DNA of 64,000 nt, taken from assembly GCA_016839745.1 (NCBI GenBank), contig JAEOTS010000122.1:1-64000 (forward strand). The letters are read 5' to 3'. Under the pieces are notes generated by a model. The model saw only the letters and a list, made by a program, of their open reading frames with translations. It was not told the origin of the DNA and made no database searches. Each line of letters opens with the position of its first letter. Within the stretch, counting starts at the first letter, position 1. This DNA comes from Promethearchaeota archaeon. Its GTDB lineage: Archaea; Asgardarchaeota; Lokiarchaeia; Sigyniarchaeales; SOKP01. Below are positions 51,034-61,163 of the stretch, piece after piece. A program made the translations under genes and the position numbers.

Positions 51034-53769
51034 ATGTTTAATTTGGAAGAGTTTGAACAAGATCAAGTAATTTACCCCCTAGTTGAGAAACTCGATAAGT
51101 TACTTGATAAAAGTAAGACTGAAAAAGTAGAAAAAGTAATTAAACAACTAGAGGAACTATTAGTAGAACAAAAACATGCGATTCTTATTTCCTATATTTT
51201 GAGTATCTTAGCAGAAAGTGATTTTAACCTAATAAACGAGAGCGTCATTAAGAATTTGGAAAGTTACATAAATACAAATGATCCAAAATTAAAGGTTAAT
51301 ACTCTTATAGTAATTGGATTTGCTATGCTCTCAAAACAAAAGTATCTAGATGAATATTGTCCGAAATTCATTGAAAATTTAGGTGACTTAAACAAAGATG
51401 TACGAGATAATATCTATTATTTTTTACAGGAGATTGGAGAGAAAAATCCCAAATTACTATGCGTATATAAAAAAGAATTCATAAATGCTTTATTGACTGA
51501 AGACGCTGAAGAAAATCTAATTTCTATAATGAGTTTTCTAGAAAAGTGCAGTGAATTTGATTTTGAACAGTTATACAGTTTAAGGGAAGTCTTGAAATCA
51601 CTCATAAATCAACATTTTACTAAAGATTCCTCCAAAATTTATTCAAAAACATTAACCTTAGTTAAAATTATTTTCCCATCTGTGAAAGATTTAGGTATTG
51701 AAGAATTTGGATTAAAAGAGTTATTAGAAACGATTCAGAATATTTTTTTGATGAAAAAATACAATTTTACTGAAATTTCTAAGGAGACGGGAGTAGGTTT
51801 AAAAGATTTTGTTAAAAGTATGAGTATAAAAAACCAAAAAGATTGTAAGATATATTTCTACACTAGCAATAAAGGACAAGAAAATGTCTATTTTTATGAA
51901 ATCGAGAAAGAAAAACTGATAAATATATTCGGGAAGGAAGAAAAATTACAGAAGAAAAACATCCTTAAAATTTTTTCCCCTATTATTCGTACTGAACAGG
52001 AATTGAGATTATTTTTAAATACCTTAATTAAGTTGGGGCACATTAAGGGGCATTATTCAAAATTGGGTTATTTTTACTCTTACAACTACATAAAATCAGA
52101 TCTAAAAGACTCATTTCATAATAATGGGATGGTAAATCTTAAAAAATTTGATTATCTGCCTCCTGATTTTATTAATGAAATTATAAGAGATATATCGAAT
52201 CTAACTAAACAGGTTTTTCTGACAGGAAAAGATAATGCTGCGTACTACTCCTTGAAAAGCATTCAGCAACAAATTAACACTGAAGCAGCAAAAAATACTG
52301 CAATTGATTTAAAATCATATAGAGAACGCTTAACGGAGAAAGATTTTATTAAATTGATTAAAAATTTACCAAAAGGTTATTTAACTTATTTTAGAACAGG
52401 AACTCAATGGTTGACTAATGTAGGATTATTAAATGTCAAAAAAGAAATTGAAAATTCTCGATTAATTGGTTATTATTCAATTCCAATGCTCTCAGATAAG
52501 TTAAATGTAAAGAGAGAATTGTTAGTTCAGATTTTTGAAAGTTTTATTGATATTAGGAGCGGAATATTTGACAAGAACAAAGAAATTTTCTATTATTCAA
52601 AATTTCTAAATCAAAAAATCGAAGAAATATACTCAATAAAGAACCAAAATGAAAGAAATGTACAGATAAATCTGATAGCTAAAAATTTAAACATCGATAG
52701 AAGCCATATACTTACAAAATTAGACGAAAATTTAAAACTAATAGGAGAAGAAATAAAAGGAATGGATTTGATTCAAATCGAAGATTACATTGAAAAAACA
52801 GGCATGTCATATAATTTGTTTATTGAATTTATCAATAATTTAGGATTAAATTATTTCAAAAAAGGAGAATTCCTCATCTTTAACGAGAATAAAATCGAGG
52901 AATCCAAAAAAGAGATAAAATTGGAATTAATCGACAAATCTAGATCTGAGAATGTGATTTATTTGGGAGATATAGATGTTACTTCTAGTATTGTTGAGAA
53001 TTTGCTTAAAGAGCTCCAAAGCGATGAAAAAATTAAGGGCATTTTTCATATTCATGAAGGGGAGCTAGTCTTTTACACAGAAAAAGGAATAGAAAATTTG
53101 ATGCTAGATAATAGTTTTATGTTTTCTTTCAATGATTTTTTTTACGGGAAGATTCTAGATGATAAGGATAAAGAGATTTTAACATCTATTTTTAATAATT
53201 TATTGAGTAAAAATCTGTTGAAAGGTACTTTTGACGAAGAAACATTAACATTTGCTAGTTCAGAAGTAGTTTTTGCACAGGATTATAATATAATATTATT
53301 TGACTTTTCGAAAATGATAATGGAATACATAAAAATATTCAATACTGAGTTCGAAAAAATTAAAAAAATCTTAACAAAACAGAACGAGACAATATATCCT
53401 CAAGAGGTTCGGATGATTCAAGGAATAATTGATGTAATTAACGAAAAATATATCCATTGGAGAAACGGAGTAGAAGCGTTCGTGAGAAAAGCTAATACTT
53501 CACTTTTAAAAAAACAAGGGTATACTGTTAAAAAATATAAATCTATTTCACTTTCTACAGGAAAAAAAGAAGATGTAAAATTATTTGAAGAGGATCCGGA
53601 AGTTATAGATCTAATATCAAAATTTAACAATTGGGTTAAATTATTTAATGAATTAGAGCTTAAATATGGAAATGTTATATTTTATCAAAAAAGGTTAATA
53701 AATGATGCAGGAAATATTGGAAATCAAAAAACCTTAAATGATCTGTTAGAAAGATTAAATCTAACATAA
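51034..53769 (+). CDS. Large protein with N-terminal HEAT-like repeats and multiple PCI-like winged-helix repeats
   Basis: TNDPKLKVNTL and GDLNKDVRDN HEAT-like turns; repeated LIKLGHIKGHY, LQSDEKIKGIF, LLSKNLLKGTFD. Confidence 0.55.
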   Translation: MFNLEEFEQDQVIYPLVEKLDKLLDKSKTEKVEKVIKQLEELLVEQKHAILISYILSILAESDFNLINESVIKNLESYINTNDPKLKVNTLIVIGFAMLSKQKYLDEYCPKFIENLGDLNKDVRDNIYYFLQEIGEKNPKLLCVYKKEFINALLTEDAEENLISIMSFLEKCSEFDFEQLYSLREVLKSLINQHFTKDSSKIYSKTLTLVKIIFPSVKDLGIEEFGLKELLETIQNIFLMKKYNFTEISKETGVGLKDFVKSMSIKNQKDCKIYFYTSNKGQENVYFYEIEKEKLINIFGKEEKLQKKNILKIFSPIIRTEQELRLFLNTLIKLGHIKGHYSKLGYFYSYNYIKSDLKDSFHNNGMVNLKKFDYLPPDFINEIIRDISNLTKQVFLTGKDNAAYYSLKSIQQQINTEAAKNTAIDLKSYRERLTEKDFIKLIKNLPKGYLTYFRTGTQWLTNVGLLNVKKEIENSRLIGYYSIPMLSDKLNVKRELLVQIFESFIDIRSGIFDKNKEIFYYSKFLNQKIEEIYSIKNQNERNVQINLIAKNLNIDRSHILTKLDENLKLIGEEIKGMDLIQIEDYIEKTGMSYNLFIEFINNLGLNYFKKGEFLIFNENKIEESKKEIKLELIDKSRSENVIYLGDIDVTSSIVENLLKELQSDEKIKGIFHIHEGELVFYTEKGIENLMLDNSFMFSFNDFFYGKILDDKDKEILTSIFNNLLSKNLLKGTFDEETLTFASSEVVFAQDYNIILFDFSKMIMEYIKIFNTEFEKIKKILTKQNETIYPQEVRMIQGIIDVINEKYIHWRNGVEAFVRKANTSLLKKQGYTVKKYKSISLSTGKKEDVKLFEEDPEVIDLISKFNNWVKLFNELELKYGNVIFYQKRLINDAGNIGNQKTLNDLLERLNLT

Positions 53770-53786
53770 AAGTTTACAATATTTCG

Positions 53787-54089
53787 TTAAGACTTCCTTT
53801 TATTTTCAATTTGAGATATTATTCCCTCAATATCGATTTTTTGGACCGATTTAATTTTATACGATTTAGGAGAATAGGTGCCGTTCATCTCCAGAATACC
53901 TTCCTTTGCGAGATAATTAAGAGATCTCCAAATAAAATTTATTTTGGAGCGATTTGAGGCTTTGATATTATTACATCTTCTTATACTTTTAGTAGTGACT
54001 AAGTTGATGTTATTATCTATTAATTTATTAATCGCCTCTATAGTTTCCCTTAAATTTCTTGAAAAGAAGTCCATAAAATCCTCGCTCAT
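53787..54089 (-). CDS. Small winged-helix-like hypothetical protein
   Basis: VTTKSIRR...FIWRSLNYLAKEGILE...PKSYKI. Confidence 0.55.
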   Translation of the reverse strand: MSEDFMDFFSRNLRETIEAINKLIDNNINLVTTKSIRRCNNIKASNRSKINFIWRSLNYLAKEGILEMNGTYSPKSYKIKSVQKIDIEGIISQIENKRKS

Positions 54090-54237
54090 TAAAAAAAGTA
54101 TTTTACTAATTAGTGTATTAATTTATTCATACGGATTTAAAAACTTTTTTTCTGTTGAATTATAAACGCTCATAAGAATTAAAATTAAATGATCCTATTC
54201 TCTATCGATACCCAAATCAAAATTTAAATTAGATTTC

Positions 54238-55836
54238 TTAATGTCGAAAAACTCTTTTACCGCAAAAGACTAATGCGCAATTTAATTCATCTGCACGCTT
54301 AATAATTGCATCATCGCGAATGGAACCTCCAGGATTGATTATAGCCTTAGCACCTACATCCACAGCAGCTTCTAAACCATCAGGAAATGGAAAGAAAGAG
54401 TCAGTACCCATAACAGAATCCTTTAATTCAGTTTCGTGACCAAATTCTTGTGCTTTTTGTGCTGCTAATTTAACTACATGGACTCGACTTTGTTGTCCAG
54501 CCCCAATGCCAATGGTATAAACTCCATTTTCATAAATTTGAGCAAAACAAGCTGAATTAGATTTCGTCCATTTTGAAACTTTATAAGCAAATATTAGAGC
54601 CTCTTTTTCTTCATTGGTTACTTGCTTTTTGCTTACAACATTCCAATCTTTAATTATATGTTTATGGTCATATTCTTGAACTAAAATTCCTCCCAATACA
54701 CCTCTAATTTCATGATTTCTATAAATTATTTCTCGTTTGTCCAATAAATCGCCAAATTCTATTATCCTCATATTTTCTTTTTGTTTTAGTATCTCAAGCG
54801 CTTCATTTTCGAAAGATGGTGCCAATAGGACTTCAACAAAAATTTTTTCTTTATTTACAATGAAATTTGCTGCATTTGCGGTCAATTCCTTGTTTACACC
54901 CCAAATTCCCCCGAATGCAGATAAGGGATCTGTTTTGAACGCCATTTTAATAGATTCTAATTGGTCGGTTTTATCGATAGCAATCCCATTAGGACTTGTA
55001 TGCTTTAAAATAGCCGTTACATAATGGTTTCTATCAAAATCTAGAAGCATTTGAATACACGCATCAATGTCTAAGTAATTGTTGAAAGAAATCTCTTTTC
55101 CTCCGAGTTGTTTTAGATTATGAAGCCCATATTCACAGGATAGATCTCTATAATAAGCAGCAGCTTGATCCCAGTTTTCTCCATAACGACAATCTTGAAC
55201 TTTTTCATACGTATTAATTATATTAGTTTTCATGATTTGATCTGGGTGATAATAGCTTTGTAAATAATTTGAAATTGCTGCGTTATAATCAGCCATTATT
55301 GTAAAGACTTCTTGAGCTAATGTTGCTCTCGTTTCATCGCTAATTCCCCCTAATTGTTCCAATTCTTCGATTATTTTATCATAATGCCTAGCATTAGGCA
55401 CGACAACAACATTTGGAAAATTTTTTGCTGCTGCTCTTATCATTGTAGGACCGCCTATATCGATCATTTCCAATGCATCAAGTAAAGTAATATTAGGTTT
55501 TGAAATTGCTTCCTTAAATTGATACAAATTACATATCACCATATCTATAGGTGGAATATTGTATTTTAGAGCATCTTCAGAATCTTTTTTTAGTTCTCGT
55601 CGAAAAAGTATTCCTCCTTCGATTTTCGGATGTAAAGTCTTAACTCTACCATCAAACATTTCAGGAGAACCGGTATAATTAGAGATTTGTTCAAAATTAA
55701 TATTGTTTTCCTTTAATAGCCGCCCGGTTCCTCCTGTAGATAGAATTTTAATTCCAAATTTACTTAACGATCTTACAAATTCAGCAATGTTATTTTTATC
55801 AAAGACACTGACGATAGCTCTTTCAATTTTTTTCAT
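54238..55836 (-). CDS. purH: Bifunctional AICAR transformylase/IMP cyclohydrolase
   Basis: SVFDK, STGGT, GRVKTLHP, IDIGGPTMIRAAAKN, RYGEN, SAFGG, DSFFPF, PGGSIRD, VFRH. Confidence 0.96.
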   Translation of the reverse strand: MKKIERAIVSVFDKNNIAEFVRSLSKFGIKILSTGGTGRLLKENNINFEQISNYTGSPEMFDGRVKTLHPKIEGGILFRRELKKDSEDALKYNIPPIDMVICNLYQFKEAISKPNITLLDALEMIDIGGPTMIRAAAKNFPNVVVVPNARHYDKIIEELEQLGGISDETRATLAQEVFTIMADYNAAISNYLQSYYHPDQIMKTNIINTYEKVQDCRYGENWDQAAAYYRDLSCEYGLHNLKQLGGKEISFNNYLDIDACIQMLLDFDRNHYVTAILKHTSPNGIAIDKTDQLESIKMAFKTDPLSAFGGIWGVNKELTANAANFIVNKEKIFVEVLLAPSFENEALEILKQKENMRIIEFGDLLDKREIIYRNHEIRGVLGGILVQEYDHKHIIKDWNVVSKKQVTNEEKEALIFAYKVSKWTKSNSACFAQIYENGVYTIGIGAGQQSRVHVVKLAAQKAQEFGHETELKDSVMGTDSFFPFPDGLEAAVDVGAKAIINPGGSIRDDAIIKRADELNCALVFCGKRVFRH

Positions 55837-55988
55837 GGTAATTCATTCTTTTATATTATGATATAAAAATCAAAATTGGTATTACTAAGTAAGAAATAAT
55901 GCTGTTTTAAGTTAATTAATAGGGATTTAATAAAATTACAATCAATTGAATTTATATTATTGGATGGATTAAAAGGAAGAAATAATCA

Positions 55989-57467
55989 TTAATACCTGCT
56001 AAGTAGGTCGTGAGGTCTACTTTCACGCTGCCCTACATAAGAAACTACGCCAACTTTTGCCTTCTTCATCTCATCTATAGTTTTTGCTCCTGCGTATATC
56101 ATACCATTTAAAAGTCCTTCTTTTAAGGACAATAATACGCCTTCCATGTCTCCAACAAAAGGAACATAATCACTTACACCTTCTGGAAGACTTTTTGAGC
56201 CTTCTGTATATCGATCTGCTACATATCCAGATGTCCTTGCTTCTTTGGAACCCATTCCTCTGTAAATTTTCACTTTTCTACCTTGTATTGTATCGACATA
56301 TCCTGGACTTTCTGTTGATCCCGCAAAAAAGTGTCCAGACATTATTAAATCAGCACCTGCAGTAAACGCTTTGGGTAAATCTCCCGGATTTTTAAAACCA
56401 CCATCTGCAATTAAACTAATTTTTGAATTATAATCTATTATAGCATCAGCCACTTGAGCAGTTGCAAAAAGAGTTGGAGCCCCTACACCAGTTTGAATGG
56501 ATGTAGTGCAAATTGATCCCGATCCCATCCCAACTTTTAATCCAATGAATTTATCCTCATTAAAATTACCTTTTGTAATTAAATGTTCAGCGGCTTCATA
56601 AGTTCCAATGTTTCCTAACACAAAATCGGAATCTAGAAAATCCATGAGTTTTTTAGTGCCTTTAATATCTGATGTTTTATAGAAATCTGCTACATCAATA
56701 AAGAAGATATCTACATAATTCTCGATTTCTTTTAATAATTTTTGAGCATGTGTCGATTCTGGAAATTTAGGAGATAAAGCTAGAGCGCAAATCAAATGAC
56801 CTTCGCTATCCATGGATGCTAAAGGAAATTCTGGAGCTAAATCCTTTTTAGTAATTAATCCCTTTAAGTTTCCTCCTTTATCTATAATAGGAAGTTTCTC
56901 TTTACGAGATTCAAAAAGAACTTCTAACGCCTTTTCTCTAGAAGCCCCCGGTTCGATGGATATCACATCCTTTGTCATAAAATTCTTTACTTTACCGTTG
57001 TTAATATCATTTTTTGAGAAAGGTATATCTCTTTTAGTGAAAATACCACATACTTTGTTTTCTTCGTTAACAACAACAATTCCACTAATATTATAGTTGT
57101 CCATCATATATTTTGCTTTAGAAACGGATTCATCAGGCTGTATCGTGGCTACATCATCAATAACAAATGATCTTGCTCTTTTTACAATCCTCACCATTTC
57201 TAATTGTCGTTCATAGGAACAATTTCGATGTAAAACGCCTAATCCGCCTAATAATGCCATTTTAATAGCCATCAATTCTTCGGTTACTGTATCCATCGCT
57301 GCAGACATTATAGGTAAATTGAATTTATATGATCCTAGATTAGAAGACATATCAACTTCAGAAGGTTCAAAGTTAGTAAATCCTGGTTGAATTAGGACAT
57401 CATCGAATGTAGCAATTATTTCGTTATATTTAACTTTGCTTCGATAATAATCTGTCATTTTCTGCAC
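55989..57467 (-). CDS. guaB: IMP dehydrogenase with CBS pair
   Basis: TFDDVL, SAAMDTVTE, KVGMGSGSICTT catalytic Cys, IADGG, YRGMGS, PEGV. Confidence 0.95.
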   Translation of the reverse strand: MQKMTDYYRSKVKYNEIIATFDDVLIQPGFTNFEPSEVDMSSNLGSYKFNLPIMSAAMDTVTEELMAIKMALLGGLGVLHRNCSYERQLEMVRIVKRARSFVIDDVATIQPDESVSKAKYMMDNYNISGIVVVNEENKVCGIFTKRDIPFSKNDINNGKVKNFMTKDVISIEPGASREKALEVLFESRKEKLPIIDKGGNLKGLITKKDLAPEFPLASMDSEGHLICALALSPKFPESTHAQKLLKEIENYVDIFFIDVADFYKTSDIKGTKKLMDFLDSDFVLGNIGTYEAAEHLITKGNFNEDKFIGLKVGMGSGSICTTSIQTGVGAPTLFATAQVADAIIDYNSKISLIADGGFKNPGDLPKAFTAGADLIMSGHFFAGSTESPGYVDTIQGRKVKIYRGMGSKEARTSGYVADRYTEGSKSLPEGVSDYVPFVGDMEGVLLSLKEGLLNGMIYAGAKTIDEMKKAKVGVVSYVGQRESRPHDLLSRY

Positions 57468-57646
57468 GGTTAAAATTATATTTTAATAGTATTATGAAAA
57501 ATATTATTCTTAACATTGAAATTTAAGTATTAGTAATAAAGACAATTTTGATTTTAAAATTTTAGGTATTTAGTCTATGGAAAATATATATTTTTTCATA
57601 GTATTTTATTATACTATTGAAGAGATAAAAAAGAGAAGGAGCTGGA

Positions 57647-58555
57647 TTACATTTGGGTCAAATTTTTCCGTGGTAAATTTTTTATTTTTGGGTCATTGAT
57701 GTAGGAATCGAGCGTCTTAATGAAAGCATCTCTATCAATTTTAATGTTTGAAGATTCTAATGAACAATAGTTACTGACATGATCGTTGAACACTTGGGAG
57801 GAAACATTTTCCCCTAAATTAGCAATAATATTTCGTTCTTCAATCAGATTTTCTACGGGAGATAATAATTCAAAATCTCCATTCTTCCAGTCCTTCCAAA
57901 GCGGAGTGTTAGGCATTAGATTTAAAGTTCTAAATCGGAAAATTGTAGGGTTTATTTCAGTGAGTACTCCAGCTGTTTCTTTAATGTGTTCCTCTGAAAA
58001 TTTTTTCCCTCCTAAGCCTAAAATAACATATAAACTTAGTTTTATGCCCGAATTTAACACCCTTTTTCCAGCTTTAATCATTGATTCTGCATTGGTACCC
58101 TTCTTCATAAGTCGTAGAATTTTACTACTTCCACTCTCTAATCCCATATATACTATATCTAATCCCGCTTCTGATAATTTTTTTAATTCTTCATCAGTCT
58201 TCCTTAGAATGTCTAAAGCTTTCGCATAACAACTTACTCTTGGTACATTTTTCATTCTTAATCTGACATATTCAATTATCTTTACGAGGTAATCTGTAGG
58301 TGCTGAAGTGGGATTACCTCCGGCCAGAAAAACAGGATATCCATGATAATTTTTATCAGCATAGAGATCAATATCCTTCAGCACATCTTCTAGTGGGCGT
58401 ACTGCATAATCTTGAGTTGTTCCATAGATCCCTTTATATGTTCCACAAAAGCGGCATTTATTCCAATTACAGCCCCCTGTAACAGCTATGAGTACACTGT
58501 ATGCTTCAACAGGAGGTCTGATAATAATTTGACTTGGGGGTACTTTAAAAACCAT
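57647..58555 (-). CDS. Radical SAM protein
   Basis: IRPP.EA, CNWNKCRFC, YMGLESG. Confidence 0.9.
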   Translation of the reverse strand: MVFKVPPSQIIIRPPVEAYSVLIAVTGGCNWNKCRFCGTYKGIYGTTQDYAVRPLEDVLKDIDLYADKNYHGYPVFLAGGNPTSAPTDYLVKIIEYVRLRMKNVPRVSCYAKALDILRKTDEELKKLSEAGLDIVYMGLESGSSKILRLMKKGTNAESMIKAGKRVLNSGIKLSLYVILGLGGKKFSEEHIKETAGVLTEINPTIFRFRTLNLMPNTPLWKDWKNGDFELLSPVENLIEERNIIANLGENVSSQVFNDHVSNYCSLESSNIKIDRDAFIKTLDSYINDPKIKNLPRKNLTQM

Positions 58556-58750
58556 ATCTCATCAAGGATATATATTCTCGATTATTAATTTGCTATGAAC
58601 AAAACTACTAAGTTATTTTAAGCATTTTTAGAATAAAGATTTTAGTATTATATTTTAACACTAAATTGATTAAATTTTTCTTGTAGCATTAATTTAAGAA
58701 GTTATTAGCTTAAATCAAAATCTAACTTATTAGAATAATCGGTATTTTAA

Positions 58751-59356
58751 TTGATCGACACATATACTCAGGGAAAAGAAATCTTATTTACTTTTAAAAC
58801 CGTAATAGTTGGTCCTCCTAGCGCAGGTAAAACTTGTCTTTTTAACCGTTTTTGTTTTAACTCTTTTAATTTCGACACTTCACTCACAATTGGAGTTAAT
58901 TTTCACTCCATCGATCTAAAAATCCGTTCTAAAGATGAAATTAAAAACCCCAAAGAAACTTATAATGTGCAATCAATTTTTGATTTTGGAGGTCAAGAAA
59001 GGTTTAAAGCTTTAATTCCAAAATTTTTAGGAGGAGCTAATGGTGTTCTATTAGTATTTGATTTAACAAGTAAAAATTCATTCGAACAGTTAGAATTCTG
59101 GTATAACCAAGTATTAGAACATGCTAATGGCTTAAATCTTCCAAAATTATTAGTTGGAAGTAAAAGCGATTTAATTTCATCTACCATCATAGAGAACCTT
59201 GTTACAGAAGAAGAAATATGTAATTTTATCCAAGAAAAGAATATGGATGGGTTTTTTAAAACATCAGCCTTACAGAACCAAAATGTATTGACTGTATTTA
59301 AAGAGCTAAATAATTTGATGTTAAAGCATCAAAACACTCAATATGTTGTATGCTAA
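58751..59356 (+). CDS. Rab-like small GTPase (Ras superfamily)
   Basis: GPPSAGKT, TIGVNF, FDFGGQERF, GSKSD, TSA. Confidence 0.9.
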   Translation: MIDTYTQGKEILFTFKTVIVGPPSAGKTCLFNRFCFNSFNFDTSLTIGVNFHSIDLKIRSKDEIKNPKETYNVQSIFDFGGQERFKALIPKFLGGANGVLLVFDLTSKNSFEQLEFWYNQVLEHANGLNLPKLLVGSKSDLISSTIIENLVTEEEICNFIQEKNMDGFFKTSALQNQNVLTVFKELNNLMLKHQNTQYVVC

Positions 59357-59373
59357 TATTCTTCTTTGTAAAA

Positions 59374-60447
59374 CTAAAATTCTCTCATATACATAAAGTC
59401 GGAGAATTCATTGAAGAATGTTTTCTGATTTTTGTTAAGATCTGGATAAATATTTCTAAGCGACACTTTTGCTTGGTTTATTAGATTTTTAGAGAAATGC
59501 TCTGCTATTATCACAGCGTTAGTTTCGGCAAAAATTGTCTCAACAGTCTTAACATCACTTTTACTTAAATCTTCTAAATGATATATTTCATTTAAGGTCT
59601 TTGATTGATTTTCATCTGTATTTTGAACAGCAAATATGTATATTATTTTTTTCTTCCTTGCTTTAATATCACTTTTAATATCAATTATATCATCTCGGAT
59701 CGCAAATGCCTGACCCATTAGGTTCATAGCATTACTTAAAGGTTCAATTTGATAATGAAAATTGCCTTTAGCCAAGATAGCTCCAATTTTTACAGATTTT
59801 TCAAGCAGACTTGCTCTTTGCATCTCTGCGATAGATAAATATTGCTCTAAAGACATGGTAATATTGTGATAATTCATATATTCTTCTATAATTTGCCCTT
59901 TCATTAATCTATCCATTGCTGCTGTATATTCATTTATAGCCTGCAATTTTAAATTATCGGAAAATCTCGAAGTTTTAAGAATGTTTAATCCTAAAAGATA
60001 TCCCTGTGTTCCACCTAATATACTCATGTCTCTCCCATACATCTTAATTATTTCTTCTTTATTCGGAAGTTCTGTATTATTGTATACTTGGTTTAATTCA
60101 TTTTCGAGTTGAACATGAAAAGTGGGTTTACCTCTTCTCTCCAAATCAGCATCAATAAGATCGTCATATATTAAGTACCCACTATGTAGCAACTCCACCG
60201 ATAAGGAGACTTTCCTGATTTGATGTAATTGAGTATCCATATTAATAGGATTTACAATACCTACAAATGCAGCAATCAATAGAATTGGATGAAGTCTCTT
60301 TGCTTTCTTATTTAGAATGAAATCTTGAAGATGAGCAATAAAATCCTTTAATAGAATCTCTTTTTCTATATCGTTTAAATAAGAGAAATAATCTTCTAAT
60401 TCATTATCAATAGCTTCTTTCTCAGATTTCAGGAATTCTTCTATCAT
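59374..60447 (-). CDS. Polyprenyl synthetase family protein (GGPP synthase-like, divergent)
   Basis: ELLHSGYLIYDDLID..RRGKPT (FARM), GQ, RDDIID (SARM). Confidence 0.8.
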   Translation of the reverse strand: MIEEFLKSEKEAIDNELEDYFSYLNDIEKEILLKDFIAHLQDFILNKKAKRLHPILLIAAFVGIVNPINMDTQLHQIRKVSLSVELLHSGYLIYDDLIDADLERRGKPTFHVQLENELNQVYNNTELPNKEEIIKMYGRDMSILGGTQGYLLGLNILKTSRFSDNLKLQAINEYTAAMDRLMKGQIIEEYMNYHNITMSLEQYLSIAEMQRASLLEKSVKIGAILAKGNFHYQIEPLSNAMNLMGQAFAIRDDIIDIKSDIKARKKKIIYIFAVQNTDENQSKTLNEIYHLEDLSKSDVKTVETIFAETNAVIIAEHFSKNLINQAKVSLRNIYPDLNKNQKTFFNEFSDFMYMREF

Positions 60448-60588
60448 TTTTAATCATTGCCTTTGTTTAACTAATTCCTATTTATAATAATTAAATGATA
60501 ATTTATTTACTTGTGTAAACAAGATTTTTATTATTGTTCTTCCAATATTTCTTAAATCTGTAAAGTAAAATAAAAAGGTGATTTTAAT

Positions 60589-61098
60589 ATTCTAATAGCA
60601 GTTTTCTCAGATTCACACGATCATCGAGATAATATTTTAAAAGCAGTTTCTATAATAAACGATAAAAAAGTAGATGCATTAATTCATTGCGGTGATTACG
60701 TTGCACCTTTCGTTAAATTATGGTTCAATAAACTCAATGAATCAATAAAAAAGCAATTTTTTGGCGTTTTCGGAAATAATGATGGAGAAATTCTATACCT
60801 CACACAAAACTTAGGTCAAATTTGTGATTTTGCAAAAAATGGTCATGAGTTAATAATTGAGTTAGGAGGAAAGCGAATTTTTGCTTCACACATGCCTAAA
60901 CAAGAAACCATTGATGCATTAGCAGAATCTGGAAAATTTGATATTATCTTATCTGGTCATACCCATAACATGGTAAATCGGAAAGAGAATGGGGTGTTAA
61001 TAATAAATCCCGGTGAACTCTGCGGATATTTAACGAATAAATCAACATTTGCAATTATTGATACTGAAACTATGAATGCTGAAATTATTGAAATTTAG
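60589..61098 (+). CDS. YfcE/MJ0936-type metallophosphoesterase with apparent ATT start
   Basis: Manual translation (I/M)LIAVFSDSHDH...IHCGDY...GVFGNNDG...SH...ILSGHTH...INPGE; the ORF track caught only the last 68 aa. Confidence 0.88.
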   Translation: MLIAVFSDSHDHRDNILKAVSIINDKKVDALIHCGDYVAPFVKLWFNKLNESIKKQFFGVFGNNDGEILYLTQNLGQICDFAKNGHELIIELGGKRIFASHMPKQETIDALAESGKFDIILSGHTHNMVNRKENGVLIINPGELCGYLTNKSTFAIIDTETMNAEIIEI

Positions 61099-61163
61099 TA
61101 ACAGTTCAATTTATTCGTTTTCTTAATTTTTTTATAGCAGTAAGCTTTAATCTATATTATATT

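Noticed and set aside
60892-61098. 68-aa ORF as a stand-alone gene
   Set aside because: It is the C-terminal part of the phosphoesterase that begins near 60589
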